Assembly: GCA_031288305.1 (NCBI GenBank)
Contig: JAITRP010000026.1
Location: forward strand, 1-60,883
Direction: 5' to 3'
Length of the DNA: 60,883 bases
From: Zoogloeaceae bacterium
GTDB lineage: Bacteria > Pseudomonadota > Gammaproteobacteria > Burkholderiales > Rhodocyclaceae
Under the pieces are notes generated by a model. That model saw only the letters and a program-made list of their open reading frames with translations, ran no database searches and was not told where the DNA came from. The first letter of the stretch is position 1; the number at the start of each line of letters is the position of its first letter. A program made the position numbers and the translations under genes. This document shows, one piece after another, positions 22,830 to 32,494 of this stretch.

Positions 22830-22838
22830 TGCTAGAAT
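22830..22838 (+). promoter_or_regulatory. Putative extended -10 promoter for yebC
   Basis: TGCTAGAAT immediately upstream of the R4 copy and yebC. Confidence 0.45.
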
Positions 22839-22843
22839 AGGGA

Positions 22844-23041
22844 CGCCAAAAAGTGAAAAGCCACTTTTTGCCGGCTTACCTTGGGGTTTGAAACCAGGCA
22901 AAGCTTGGCTTCAAACCGTGCAAACCGTGTAAACCCAACGCAAAACCGATCCGGCCTGCCCGGTCGCAGGGGCGAGCTTCGCTTGCCCTTTTTTGCCAAT
23001 TGAACCTGAACCGGAAAAAAGTGGGTTTTCACTTTTTGACG
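22844..23041. mobile_element. Repeat family R4, short copy
   Basis: TIRs CGCCAAAAAGTGAAAAGCCACTTTT / AAAAGTGGGTTTTCACTTTTTGACG. Shares GGCTTCAAACCGTG and GGGCGAGCTTCGCTTGCCCTTTTTTGC with 13867-14282. Confidence 0.8.
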
Positions 23042-23069
23042 ACTTTCATTCACAGCATCGAGGTACATC

Positions 23070-23795
23070 ATGGCTGGACACAGCAAATGGGCCAACATCC
23101 AGCACCGCAAAGGACGTCAGGACGAAAAGCGGGGCGCGGCCTTTTCAAGGATTGCCAAGGAAATCACCGTCGCCGCCAGGATGGGCGGCGGCGATGTCGC
23201 GTTCAATCCGCGTCTCAGACTGGCAATCGACAAGGCCAAGGGACAGAACATGCCCAAGGACAAGATCGAAAACGCCATCAAGAAAGGCACGGGTGAACTG
23301 GAAGGCGTGGAATACGTGGAAATTCGCTACGAAGGCTACGGCATCGGCGGCGCGGCGGTGATGGTGGATTGCCTCACCGACAACAAGACGCGCACCGTGG
23401 CCGATGTGCGCCACGCCTTTGCCAAGCACGGCGGCAACGTGGGTACGGACGGCTGCGTGGCGTTCCAGTTCAGGCACTGCGGGCAATTCATCTTCGCCCC
23501 CGGCGCGGACGAGGCGGCACTGATGGACGCGGCCATCGAAGCAGGCGCGCAGGACGTGCTCTCCAACGACGACGGCTCCATCGAAATCCTCACCGCGCCC
23601 GGCGACTTCATCCACGTGAAGGACACTCTGGAAGCCGCCGGATTCAAGGCGGAATTCAGCGAAATCACCATGAAGCCGGAATCCGAAAGCGAACTCTCCG
23701 GCGAGGATGTCTTCAAGATGCAAAAGCTCCTGGACGCGCTGGAAAATCTTGATGACGTGCAGGAAATCTACACGACCGCTGTTTTCGATGCGTGA
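23070..23795 (+). CDS. yebC: YebC/PmpR family regulator
   Basis: [35 protein letters not shown]. Confidence 0.97.
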   Translation: MAGHSKWANIQHRKGRQDEKRGAAFSRIAKEITVAARMGGGDVAFNPRLRLAIDKAKGQNMPKDKIENAIKKGTGELEGVEYVEIRYEGYGIGGAAVMVDCLTDNKTRTVADVRHAFAKHGGNVGTDGCVAFQFRHCGQFIFAPGADEAALMDAAIEAGAQDVLSNDDGSIEILTAPGDFIHVKDTLEAAGFKAEFSEITMKPESESELSGEDVFKMQKLLDALENLDDVQEIYTTAVFDA

Positions 23796-23800
23796 ATTCC

Positions 23801-23971
23801 AGCAAGAAATTAGCGGCAGACCTTCAGGGCTGCCGGTCTAACGTCATTGGGAAGGGGTTTCTCTCCCCTCCCCAATGGCTATGATCGAAACCCCGACCTT
23901 CAGGCCGGGGTTTCACCTTCGCGCCGATTCTTCCGGGCGGGGTTTCAAACCGGAGTTAGTTTTACGATGAA
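23801..23971 (+). mobile_element. Repeat family R1: ~172-bp multi-hairpin non-autonomous element, copy 1
   Basis: AGCAAGAAATTAGCGGCAG...TTTTACGATGAA. Four near-identical copies in the window. Confidence 0.9.
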
Positions 23972-24092
23972 AAAGCAAAGGGCGTCAATTCTCCCTCAAT
24001 CCCCCTGGTCAGGGAAGAAGACAAGACAGCATCGCCAGTTCGGCGGATTCCACAAGCGTCAAATCGCAACCCCCCTGGCACGTTGTACCGCA

Positions 24093-24563
24093 ATGCTCAA
24101 ACTTGCGCGGGTCACAGTTCCACCGCTTCTTGTCACGCTCATCAGCGGGTGCGTGCCGCTTCCGCATTTCGACTACCTTGCGCCTGCGGCATCGGGCGTC
24201 ATCACCCAGGACGGATTTCCGATTACTGACGCACAGGTGCAGGTATCCAGTCAATTTTCGGACGAGCGCATGCGCGCGATAACAGGAGCGGACGGGCGCT
24301 TTGCCACGGAATCCATTCGCAGGTTTTCGTTTTTCATGGTGCTGCTTGGCGATCCAATCCATGTTTATTCAGTCAAAATCACCACCGGAGACAAGACGTA
24401 TGAAGGTTATTCAACGTGGAACATGGGTTACGCACCCGAGAAGATAGAACTCAGGTGCGATTTGTCATGTCCCCTGAAATCGCGCGATGGGCAAGAATAT
24501 TGCGCATCGGAAGAAGCATCGTCGCGCCCGCCCGTGACGCCACAGCCCGGAACCTGTCCATGA
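24093..24563 (+). CDS. Lipoprotein with transthyretin/carboxypeptidase-regulatory-like beta domain
   Basis: Lipobox ISGC and the pattern SGVITQDGFPI...ITGADGRF. Flanked by inverted R1 copies. Confidence 0.6.
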   Translation: MLKLARVTVPPLLVTLISGCVPLPHFDYLAPAASGVITQDGFPITDAQVQVSSQFSDERMRAITGADGRFATESIRRFSFFMVLLGDPIHVYSVKITTGDKTYEGYSTWNMGYAPEKIELRCDLSCPLKSRDGQEYCASEEASSRPPVTPQPGTCP

Positions 24564-24611
24564 TAATAGCGCGGCGGTGCTCGACAACCGGCACAGCATA
24601 AGAGAAAACGC

Positions 24612-24786
24612 TTCATCGTAAAACTGACTCCGGTTTGAAACCTCGCCCGGAAGAACCGGCGCGAAGGTTGGAACCCCGGCCTGAAGGCCGGGGGATCAAT
24701 CCGTAGCCATTGGGGAGGGGGGAGAGAAACCCCTTCCCAGTAACGTTGGACCGGCAGCCCTGAAGAGCTGCCGCTGATTTCTTGCT
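24612..24786 (-). mobile_element. Repeat family R1, copy 2
   Basis: Reverse complement of copy 1 (TTCATCGTAAAA...TTTCTTGCT). Confidence 0.9.
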
Positions 24787-25037
24787 ACGCTTCTTCAAAA
24801 CGCGGCTTCCTCACCTCTTCTTGCACGACCGTCCGTTTCATCACTCCCTCCTTGCAAGGAGACTATGATGACCGGACAACCATCGCGCCATCAAGGCGGG
24901 CAGATACAAAGTTCGCTACAGCGGTGTTGTCGCCGTCTGGCGGAAACCCGCATCCCGGCATAAAATCCCTTGTCCCCCCTGCGAGCCTGAAAGTGTATGA
25001 CAAGGCCGCGCGAACCTTGCCGACAGGATAAACCGCC

Positions 25038-25976
25038 ATGCCCGCATTGGAACCCGCGTTTCATCATTTTCCCAATCCCGTTCTCCGCTATCTTGCGGCC
25101 ACCCGGCCCGCGTTTTTGAGCATCACCCTGATTGCCTGCCTGATCGGCCTGGCGAGCGCCCATTTCAGCGGCCTGCCCTTGCAGGTCGACCGGGCGCTGG
25201 CGACGATCTTCTTCGCGCTGGTGGCGCACGCGGGGGTCAACGTCATCAATGATTATTACGATTTCATGAGCGGCGCGGATGTCGTCAATACCGGGCGCAT
25301 CTATCCCTTTACCGGCGGCAGCCGCTTCATTCCCAACGGCGTGATTTCCGCCCGGCGCATGAAGATTTTCGGCTATACGCTCCTTCTGGCGGTTATTCCC
25401 GCCGGGCTTTGGCTGACGCGAGTTTCTTCCGAAGGGCTGTTCTGGATTGGCCTTGCCGGGCTTTTCGCGGGCTGGGCCTATTGCGCGCCGCCCATGAAAC
25501 TGGTCTGCCGGGGCCTTGGCGAACCGGCGATTCTGGCGGGCTGGGCCTTGATCGCCGTGGGCGCGGATTTCGTCCAGCGCGGCGGCTTTTCCGCCCTGCC
25601 CTGGCTTGCGGGCGTACCCTTCGCGCTCCTGGTGGTCAATATCCTCTACATCAACCAGTTTCCCGACCGGGCGGCGGACGCGGCAGCGGGCAAGCGCACC
25701 CTGATCGTCCGCCTGGGGCCGGAAGCGGCGCGCTGGGGGTATTTGCTCATCGCGTTTCTTGCCTACGGCTGGCTTTTGTTCGCGACGGCAAAAAACTGGC
25801 TGCCCCTCTACGCCGCGGCGGGCGCGCTTGCCCTGCCGTTTTCCCTCCTTGCCGCCCGCGCGCTGCTCGCCCACGCTTCGACCCCTTCGCTCCTCGCCCC
25901 CGCGTTGAAACGCACCATTCTCGCCGCCAATATCAGCGGCCTTTCGACCACGCTGGGACTGTGGTTTTCCGCGTGA
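25038..25976 (+). CDS. UbiA/MenA-family prenyltransferase (1,4-dihydroxy-2-naphthoate prenyltransferase-like)
   Basis: ATRPAFL, NDYYDF.SGAD, NQFPDRAADAAAGKRTL and multiple TM helices. Confidence 0.88.
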   Translation: MPALEPAFHHFPNPVLRYLAATRPAFLSITLIACLIGLASAHFSGLPLQVDRALATIFFALVAHAGVNVINDYYDFMSGADVVNTGRIYPFTGGSRFIPNGVISARRMKIFGYTLLLAVIPAGLWLTRVSSEGLFWIGLAGLFAGWAYCAPPMKLVCRGLGEPAILAGWALIAVGADFVQRGGFSALPWLAGVPFALLVVNILYINQFPDRAADAAAGKRTLIVRLGPEAARWGYLLIAFLAYGWLLFATAKNWLPLYAAAGALALPFSLLAARALLAHASTPSLLAPALKRTILAANISGLSTTLGLWFSA

Positions 25977-25978
25977 GT

Positions 25979-26117
25979 TTCAGAGGACTGACGACAGAGC
26001 GGCGCGGCGCTCGCCTTGTGGCCTGCATTCCGTAATCCGTGGCCGCGTGTTGGACGTGATGCGCTCCGCAAGCTCCCGCAGACCACAAAGGCGCGCGGCG
26101 CCGCTCTGTCCTCTGAA
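25979..26117. repeat. Repeat family R5 (CAGAGGA/CAGAAGA-ended palindromic element)
   Basis: TTCAGAGGAC...GACAGAGCGGCGC ... GCGCCGCTCTGTCCTCTGAA inverted arms. Internal CGTAATC is shared (reverse complement) with the 39.3 and 40.7 kb copies. Confidence 0.7.
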
Positions 26118-26120
26118 CGC

Positions 26121-26149
26121 TTGACACCGGATCGCGCACTACTTACCAT
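26121..26149 (+). promoter_or_regulatory. Sigma70 promoter of the efe operon
   Basis: TTGACA-17 nt-TACCAT. Confidence 0.75.
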
Positions 26150-26168
26150 CTGCACAATCTTCTCAATG

Positions 26169-26187
26169 AACGCGAATTACTCTCATT
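26169..26187. promoter_or_regulatory. Putative Fur box
   Basis: AACGCGAATTACTCTCATT matches 15/19 to the palindrome AATGAGAATGATTCTCATT. It lies between the promoter and an iron permease start. Confidence 0.7.
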
Positions 26188-26202
26188 TCTATAAAGGTTA
26201 TC

Positions 26203-28278
26203 ATGTTCGTTCCCTTTCTCATCATGCTGCGCGAAGGGCTGGAAGCCGCGCTCATTGTCGGCGTCATCGCCAGTTATCTTCATCGGACAGGACGCGCGCG
26301 CTGGTTGCCGACTGTCTGGGTCGGGGTGTTGCTGGCGGCGGCCATGTCGATATTTTTGGGCGCGACCGTGCTGATGACCGGACACGAGTTTCCGCAAAAG
26401 GCCCAGGAACTGTTCGAGGCCATCGTCGGACTGGTGGCGGTGGGCGTGCTTACCTACATGGCGTTCTGGATGCGCGGCGCGGCGCGTTCGATCAAGGCGC
26501 AATTGCTCGGCTCCGTGGACGCGGCCATTGGCGCGGAAAACGCGGGAGAGCGCAAGGGCGCGACCTGGGCCTTGATGGGCATGGCGTTCTTTGCCGTGGC
26601 GCGCGAAGGACTGGAATCCGTCTTCTTTCTTCTGGCCATCTTCCAGCAAAGCCCCGGCTGGGCCGCGCCATCGAGCGCGCTCGGCGGCATCGCGGCGGCG
26701 GTGTTCCTGGGTCTGGGCATTTACTGGGGCGGCGTGCGGCTGAATCTGACAAAATTCTTTCAATGGACGGGTCTCTTCATCCTGCTCGTGGCCGCGGGAC
26801 TTCTTTCCGGCGTGTTGCGCAACCTGCACGAGGCCGGGGTGTGGAACCTGATGCAGGGCGTGGTCTACGATCTCAGTGGCGTGCTCTCCAATTCCAGTGT
26901 GACGGGCACGGTGCTCTCGGGCTTGTTGGGCTACCACGAGTCGCCCGCTTGGGGAGAGGCGCTGGCCTGGTTCCTGTATCTTGTCCTGACGCTGATTCTG
27001 TTTCTACGCCCGCGCGCTGAAACAAAACCTTCGGAGGAAGACAAGACGGGCACGACAGCCGCCAGCGCCCAGTTCTCGCCCGCCGCATCCTCCCCGTCAA
27101 CTGTTCCCGGCAGCGTTCCCGCTCCGGCACGCTTCATGTATCTGGCGCTCTTTGGCTCGATGGCGCTGGTCGTCCTTTCCCTGTGGCTGTTCGTATACGC
27201 AACGCGCACGGCACAAGGCCCGCGGCGCGGCGACGCGCACAAGGTGGTCATCACCGATCAGACCTGCGAGCCGCTGGATTTCGTCGTGCCGGCGGGGGAG
27301 ACGACCTTCGAGATTCACAACGACTCGCGCCGCAGCCTGGAATGGGAGATTCTCGACGGCGTGATGGTGGTGGCCGAGCGGGAAAACATCGCGCCGGGCT
27401 TTCATTCGCTCTTGAACGTCAAATTGAAGCCGGGCGAATTCGTCATCACCTGCGGGCTGCTCTCCAATCCGCGCGGCACGCTGAAGGTCACGCCCACCGA
27501 CGCTTCCGAAGCGGAACGCCTGCGTCCTCCGGTGCAGGCTTTTATCGGTCCCCTGTCGGAAATGCGCGTATTTTTGGTGTTGCAGTCGAGCGCGCTGGCG
27601 CGTGAAACAGAGGCGCTGGCCGAGGCCATCAAAGCAGGCGATCTGGAATCCGCTCGCCAGAGTTGGCTGGACGCGCGCGAACCCTACAAGCGCATGGAAG
27701 CCATTGTCGGGCGCATGAGCGATGTGCAGTCGCGCCTCAATCCGCAGGCCGCCTATCTGGCGGACGGCGAGAAAGATGCCGCTTTCATTGGTTTCCCCCG
27801 TCTGGAAAAGGGGCTGTTCCAGGACAAGCGCCTCGCGGGACTCGAACCCGTCGCGCGGCAACTGGCCGAGGACGCCCAGGCGCTCAAGGAACGGCTGCGC
27901 AACGGCCTACAGCAGCGCCCCGAAGACCTGACGGAAAGCGCGCTCTGGCAGGCCCGGCGTCTGGCCGACGGCGTCATCCCGCAAGGCGAGAATCCCCATG
28001 CCCAGAGCGATCTGGCCGATCTCCAAGCCAATCTGGAAGGTATGGAAAAAAGCGTGCTGCTGCTCGATGCCCTGCTTTTTGACGCCAACGCGCCGCTGGC
28101 CGAGGAACAACGCCTGCGCCTGCAAGCCTTGCGGGAGGCGCTGGACGCTCTGCGCGTGCAGGACGCTTTTCCGCCCTACGCGCGGGTAAATGAGGCACAG
28201 CGCGCCGATCTGGCGCAAAAGATGGGCGCGCTGGCCGACACGCTCGAAAAAATCAACCCGGCATTGGGATTGCAATAA
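26203..28278 (+). CDS. efeU: Fused iron permease EfeU (FTR1) + EfeO-type cupredoxin + peptidase-M75/imelysin-like domain
   Basis: Two REGLE motifs, then a linker and an extra TM helix, a cupredoxin (TCEP, EWEILDG, ERENIAPG, ITCGLLSNPRG) and an M75-like helical domain. Confidence 0.9.
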   Translation: MFVPFLIMLREGLEAALIVGVIASYLHRTGRARWLPTVWVGVLLAAAMSIFLGATVLMTGHEFPQKAQELFEAIVGLVAVGVLTYMAFWMRGAARSIKAQLLGSVDAAIGAENAGERKGATWALMGMAFFAVAREGLESVFFLLAIFQQSPGWAAPSSALGGIAAAVFLGLGIYWGGVRLNLTKFFQWTGLFILLVAAGLLSGVLRNLHEAGVWNLMQGVVYDLSGVLSNSSVTGTVLSGLLGYHESPAWGEALAWFLYLVLTLILFLRPRAETKPSEEDKTGTTAASAQFSPAASSPSTVPGSVPAPARFMYLALFGSMALVVLSLWLFVYATRTAQGPRRGDAHKVVITDQTCEPLDFVVPAGETTFEIHNDSRRSLEWEILDGVMVVAERENIAPGFHSLLNVKLKPGEFVITCGLLSNPRGTLKVTPTDASEAERLRPPVQAFIGPLSEMRVFLVLQSSALARETEALAEAIKAGDLESARQSWLDAREPYKRMEAIVGRMSDVQSRLNPQAAYLADGEKDAAFIGFPRLEKGLFQDKRLAGLEPVARQLAEDAQALKERLRNGLQQRPEDLTESALWQARRLADGVIPQGENPHAQSDLADLQANLEGMEKSVLLLDALLFDANAPLAEEQRLRLQALREALDALRVQDAFPPYARVNEAQRADLAQKMGALADTLEKINPALGLQ

Positions 28279-28288
28279 GGGACTGAAG

Positions 28289-28447
28289 GATGCCATGTTG
28301 ATGATCCATCCCAGACGAAGCGCGACCGAACGCCCTCCCCTGACAAGGGGAGGGTTGGGGAGGGGTTTGCGGCAGTGGAACAGGAACCAAGGTCTGATAC
28401 AGACACCACCGCAACCCCCCTCAATCCCCCCTTGTCAGGGGGGAGGA
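28289..28447 (-). repeat. Repeat family R2, copy c (inside the efe operon)
   Basis: Reverse complement of 17455-17624. Similarity seems to extend to ~28560 (TTTCATATGGTT, also found reverse-complemented at ~17194). Confidence 0.85.
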
Positions 28448-28648
28448 CAAGGGCGCAGGCCGAAGGACAGCAATGAGAACTGCCATGACCTGTGCCCAAT
28501 TCTCGAAAGCGGCAACGAAACCCCAAGACCGCGCTGGTCTTGCGTTGCTTTCATATGGTTTGAAGGCGAGGCTGCCTCGCCCTCAAACCCAAATCAATCC
28601 GGCAAAAAGCAGGGTTTTGCTTTTTGCCGTACACGGAAGAAGACCATC

Positions 28649-30016
28649 ATGATGAAAAAACAGGAAGCACCGGCCCCGCGCGATGTCACGGAGCGCGACG
28701 GGGCATCTCTCCCGAATACGCCGAATACGCCCGCCAGCCGCCGCATGGCGCTGAAGATGGGGATTGCCGCGCTGGGTTCCGTCTGGATGGGCGGCTACGC
28801 GCGCGCCGCTTCCCGGTCGGACGGGGAGACCAGCGCGGCCAACGTGACCAACGCGCCGGTGACGAACGCCGCCACGCCCGGAGATCGGGTACCCTTCTTC
28901 GGCAAGCACCAGGCGGGCATCACCATGCCGCGCCCGGCCAACGGCATGATCGCCAGTTTTTCCGTGCTCGCCGAAACGCCAGAGGCGCTGGAGCGTCTTT
29001 TCAGGCGTTTGACGGAGCGCGCGATATTCCTGACGCACGGCGGCGCGCCGCCGGAATACGACCCGCGCCTGCCGCCCGCCGATTCCGGCATTCTTGGCCC
29101 GAACATCCCGCCGGACGCGCGCACCATCACCGTCTCGCTGGGCAATTCGCTGTTCGAGGAAAGACCCTGGCTCAAGCCGCACAAGCCGCTGCGTCTTTCG
29201 CGCATGACGCGCTTTCCCAACGACGCGCTGGACGCCGCGCTCTGCCACGGCGACCTCAGTCTGCAAATCTGCGCCAACACGCAGGACAGCACGCAACACG
29301 CCCTGCGCGACATCCTCAAGAATCTGGCCGACCAACTGGTGTTGCGCTGGATGCAGGAGGGCAACGTGCCCGTCATCCAACCCGGCCCGGACAAGGCGGC
29401 GGAGAGCGCGCGCAACCTCCTGGGTTTCCGCGACGGCTCGGCCAATCCCGACGCCGGGGACGAAGCCTTGATGAACCGTCTCGTCTGGGTCGGGCCGGAA
29501 CGCGGCGAACCCGCCTGGGCGCTGGGCGGCAGTTACCAGGCCGTGCGCATCATCCGCAATTTCGTCGAACGCTGGGATCGCGCGCCGCTGTGGGAACAGG
29601 AAGCCTTCATTGGCCGCGCCAAGGTGACGGGCGCGCCGCTGGACAAGCCGCGCGCCACGGAAGCCGACGTGCCCGACTACGTGAATGATCCCCAGGGCGA
29701 AAAAACGCCGCTGGCTTCGCACATCCGCCTCGCCAACGACCGCACGCCCGAAACCCAGGACAACATCATCCTGCGCCGTCCCTTCAATTACTTCAACGGC
29801 GTGGCGAAGAACGGCCAGCTCGACCAGGGTTTGCTCTTCATCTGCTACCAGGCCGATCTGGAAAAGGGTTTCATTACCGTGCAGCGGCGTCTGGACGGCG
29901 AACCGCTGGAGGAATATTTAAAACCCGTGGGCGGCGGTTATTTCTTCACCCTGCCGGGGGTTGCGCACAAGAACGATTTTTTCGGCAGCGCCCTGATCGC
30001 CGCCATCCGCGCGTAA
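28649..30016 (+). CDS. efeB: Tat-exported DyP-type peroxidase/deferrochelatase EfeB
   Basis: SRRMALK Tat motif, HQAGI, RNLLGFRDGSANP, SHIRLAN and ILRRPFNY. Confidence 0.95.
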   Translation: MMKKQEAPAPRDVTERDGASLPNTPNTPASRRMALKMGIAALGSVWMGGYARAASRSDGETSAANVTNAPVTNAATPGDRVPFFGKHQAGITMPRPANGMIASFSVLAETPEALERLFRRLTERAIFLTHGGAPPEYDPRLPPADSGILGPNIPPDARTITVSLGNSLFEERPWLKPHKPLRLSRMTRFPNDALDAALCHGDLSLQICANTQDSTQHALRDILKNLADQLVLRWMQEGNVPVIQPGPDKAAESARNLLGFRDGSANPDAGDEALMNRLVWVGPERGEPAWALGGSYQAVRIIRNFVERWDRAPLWEQEAFIGRAKVTGAPLDKPRATEADVPDYVNDPQGEKTPLASHIRLANDRTPETQDNIILRRPFNYFNGVAKNGQLDQGLLFICYQADLEKGFITVQRRLDGEPLEEYLKPVGGGYFFTLPGVAHKNDFFGSALIAAIRA

Positions 30017-30079
30017 GGCGCAACGCGGCATCAAAGTTTTTTTTCACAACCAATGGCTGAAAGCCAGGAGAACCTCAGC

Positions 30080-30910
30080 ATGAACATCAAACACCTCATC
30101 ACCGCCACCGCCCTGTTGGCCGGCGGCATCACGGGCGGCGTCGCCCTTGCCCAGTCCGCGCCGCTGGAGCTCGTCGGCCCGGTTGCCGAGTACAAGATCT
30201 ACGTCAGCGAAAACGTAGATCAACTCGCCAAGGAGACGGCCAGGTTCGTCGCCGCCGTCAAGGCGGGCGATATTGCCCGCGCCAAGGCGCTGTACGCGCC
30301 CACTCGCGTCTATTACGAGCGCGTCGAACCGATTGCCGAGCTGTTCAGCGACCTGGACGCGGCCATCGATTCGCGCGCCGACGACTACGAAGGCGCGGAG
30401 AAAGACCCGGAATTCCCCGGCTTTCACCGCATCGAATACAGTCTGTGGGAGAAGAACACCACCAACGACGTGAAGCCGGTCGCCGACAAGCTCCTGGCCC
30501 ATGTGAAGGAACTGCAATCGCGCATCGGCAAGCTGACCTTCCCGCCCGAAGTGGTGGTGGGCGGCGCTGCGGTGCTGATGGAGGAAGTGGCCGCCACCAA
30601 GATTTCCGGCGAGGAAAACCGCTACAGCAAGGTGGATCTGTGGGACTTCAAGGCCAATACCGACGGTTCCTACAAGATCGTCGAACTGGTGCGCCCGCTG
30701 ATCGCGAAAAAGGAAGCCAGGTTCCTGGCCGAAGTCGACAAGAACTTCAAGACCGTCTACGACATCCTCAAGACCTACGAGACGAATGAAGGCAAGGGCT
30801 ATGTCTCCTACGAAAAGCTCACCGACAAGGATCGCACCACAATGGCCGCCGCCATCAACAAACTGGCGGAAGACCTCTCCACGTTGCGCGGCAAGTTGGG
30901 GTTGAAGTAA
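30080..30910 (+). CDS. efeO: Periplasmic EfeO/EfeM iron-binding protein (M75 domain only)
   Basis: AGGAG RBS, signal peptide, YERVEPIAELF, GFHRIE and KISGEENRYS. Confidence 0.92.
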   Translation: MNIKHLITATALLAGGITGGVALAQSAPLELVGPVAEYKIYVSENVDQLAKETARFVAAVKAGDIARAKALYAPTRVYYERVEPIAELFSDLDAAIDSRADDYEGAEKDPEFPGFHRIEYSLWEKNTTNDVKPVADKLLAHVKELQSRIGKLTFPPEVVVGGAAVLMEEVAATKISGEENRYSKVDLWDFKANTDGSYKIVELVRPLIAKKEARFLAEVDKNFKTVYDILKTYETNEGKGYVSYEKLTDKDRTTMAAAINKLAEDLSTLRGKLGLK

Positions 30911-30982
30911 GTACCCCCCCACACAACGCCCCTTTTTCTTTGCGCATAGCGCATGGATAGGGGCGTTTGTGCGGAGGGCATC

Positions 30983-31073
30983 GGGCGCAATCCAAAGTGG
31001 AGGAAAAATCCGCCAAGCGAAGCGCGGACGCAAAATTTATGCGCTCACCTTCAAGCGCGTCAAAAGCGAGGGC
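30983..31073 (-). repeat. Repeat family R3, partial copy
   Basis: Reverse-complement match to ~308-398 (GGGCGCAATCCAAAGTGGAGGAAAA...GCGCTCACCTTCAA...CGAGGGC). Confidence 0.85.
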
Positions 31074-31152
31074 CGCAGGCCCGTGGCAATCCAGACGGCC
31101 TTTCCGCGTTTTGCCGTTCCAGAAAACTGAACCGCCATCTGGATTGCCACGG
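31066..31152. repeat. Palindromic element with CGTGGCAATCC/GGATTGCCACG arms
   Basis: Perfect 15-bp stem CCGTGGCAATCCAGA (31081-31095) / TCTGGATTGCCACGG (31138-31152). Confidence 0.7.
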
Positions 31153-31453
31153 CAAACACGTATCCAAGCCGTAACTCATTGATTCAACAAAATGATTACG
31201 GTATTCCCACGCTGGGAACGGACTCAATCATGGACTTTTTTCCGCTCGCTGGCAAACCAGACTCACGCTCATGCGCTTGTTGTCGTCCGCCTGAATCCAT
31301 CGCCTTCCTGCGAGGGATGGTAATCCCAAAGCGATACATTTCTCCGGATAAAACGGTGTAGGCGGATTTCCTATTGTTTGTCGTTTTGCAATTCATGTTC
31401 TGGTGACATGAGCGCTCCTTCGGTTTCGTACCGATCCTTTTTGGAGTCTCATC

Positions 31454-32112
31454 ATGTCATATCCCCCTGTACCACAAACCCAGTCTGCCGGTCTGTTCGT
31501 GCCGCAAGCCCTGCTGTCGGATGCTCGCCTGAAACCCATGGAGCGTAACGCCTGGATGGTGTTCCGCTCGCTGGCGGACAGTAACGGCGTTGCCACGGTC
31601 AGCTACGAATCGTTGCGTACAGCCTTGCTGTGCGCGCCGGGTTCGCAAAAGGCCGCCCCGGCTACCGTGTCGCGTGCCGTATTGCACCTGCGGCTGACCG
31701 CCTGGATCGTCAAGGCACCTTCCGCTTATGGGCCGCGCGCAAGAAGACGGAGCTGGAGCGACCGGCGTTGAACGTTCAGGAAGCACCACGGGAAATATCC
31801 AAATCGCCATCGACATCGGGAGTGACGACAACTGAGCCAGCGGACAAACCCGCTTCCAGGGAAGTGGCATTGGCTTCCCTCCAGCGCATGAAGGCGATAT
31901 TACAGGGTACAGCGAATGTGGCGCAGCCGGTTCACGCAACGAAGCCGCCCGAACGCAGGCATCCGCAAACGCCACTCGTTCGCGCTGTGGCGCAAGCCAC
32001 GCCCCCGACAAAACCGCTGCGTCCGCTGGCGGATTTCCTGACGCCGGTCGTGGAAACTGCCACAGCACGATGCCATGACAATCTTGGATCGGGCCGTCAC
32101 TGTCCGCAGTGA
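31454..32112 (+). pseudogene. STY4528-family ICE replication/HTH protein, internally deleted and frameshifted
   Basis: Frame 1 reads VPQALLSDARLKPMERNAWMVFR...SYESLR...ATVSRAVLHLRLTAWI (STY4528 N-terminus). Another frame continues with GTFRLWA...ASREVALASLQRMKAIL (C-terminus-like), and the middle is absent. Confidence 0.7.
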
Positions 32113-32119
32113 CGGCCCG
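32090..32119. other. Perfect 13-bp-stem hairpin
   Basis: CGGGCCGTCACTG-TCCG-CAGTGACGGCCCG, with no U-tract. Confidence 0.8.
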
Positions 32120-32322
32120 GACGACTGCCGCAACAATCGGGGTTGGCGCAATTTCCCATTGATTGCTGCGCGCGTGACGATGCCCCGGCATACTGCCGCA
32201 ACATGACGAATGTTCCCATGGCGCAGGTTCCTGCAAGCGCCACTCCGGTTCGCCGGAGGGAACCACTCCCAGCACGCTCCGGCTCGTTTCAGCGTGCGAT
32301 CCCACCCACGGGATGAGCCTTT

Positions 32323-32494
32323 TTCATCGTAAAACTAACTCCGGTTTGAAACCCCGCCCTTCAGGGCGGTGCGAAGGTTGGAACCCCGGCCTGAAGGCCG
32401 GGGGATCAATCCGTAGCCATTGGGGAGGGGAGAGAAACCACTTCCCAATGACGTTGGACCGGCAGCCCTGAAGGGCTGCCGCTAATTTCTTGCT
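32323..32494 (-). mobile_element. Repeat family R1, copy 3
   Basis: Reverse complement of copies 1 and 4. Confidence 0.9.

Noticed and set aside
22819-22838. TTGACA...TAGAAT as a canonical sigma70 promoter
   Set aside because: The spacer is only 8 nt. Only the extended -10 was retained.
23801-23971. R1 as an integron attC site or as HEARO/omega RNA
   Set aside because: It has four separate hairpins rather than one attC stem with RYYYAAC/GTTRRRY ends, and there is no adjacent intI, iscB or tnpB.
31196-31396. 66-aa minus-strand ORF divergent from the STY4528-like pseudogene
   Set aside because: No recognisable motif, so it cannot be supported as a gene.
30911-31453. tRNA or att direct repeat at the island boundary
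   Set aside because: No cloverleaf seen, and no direct repeat matching the ~51 kb boundary found by eye.
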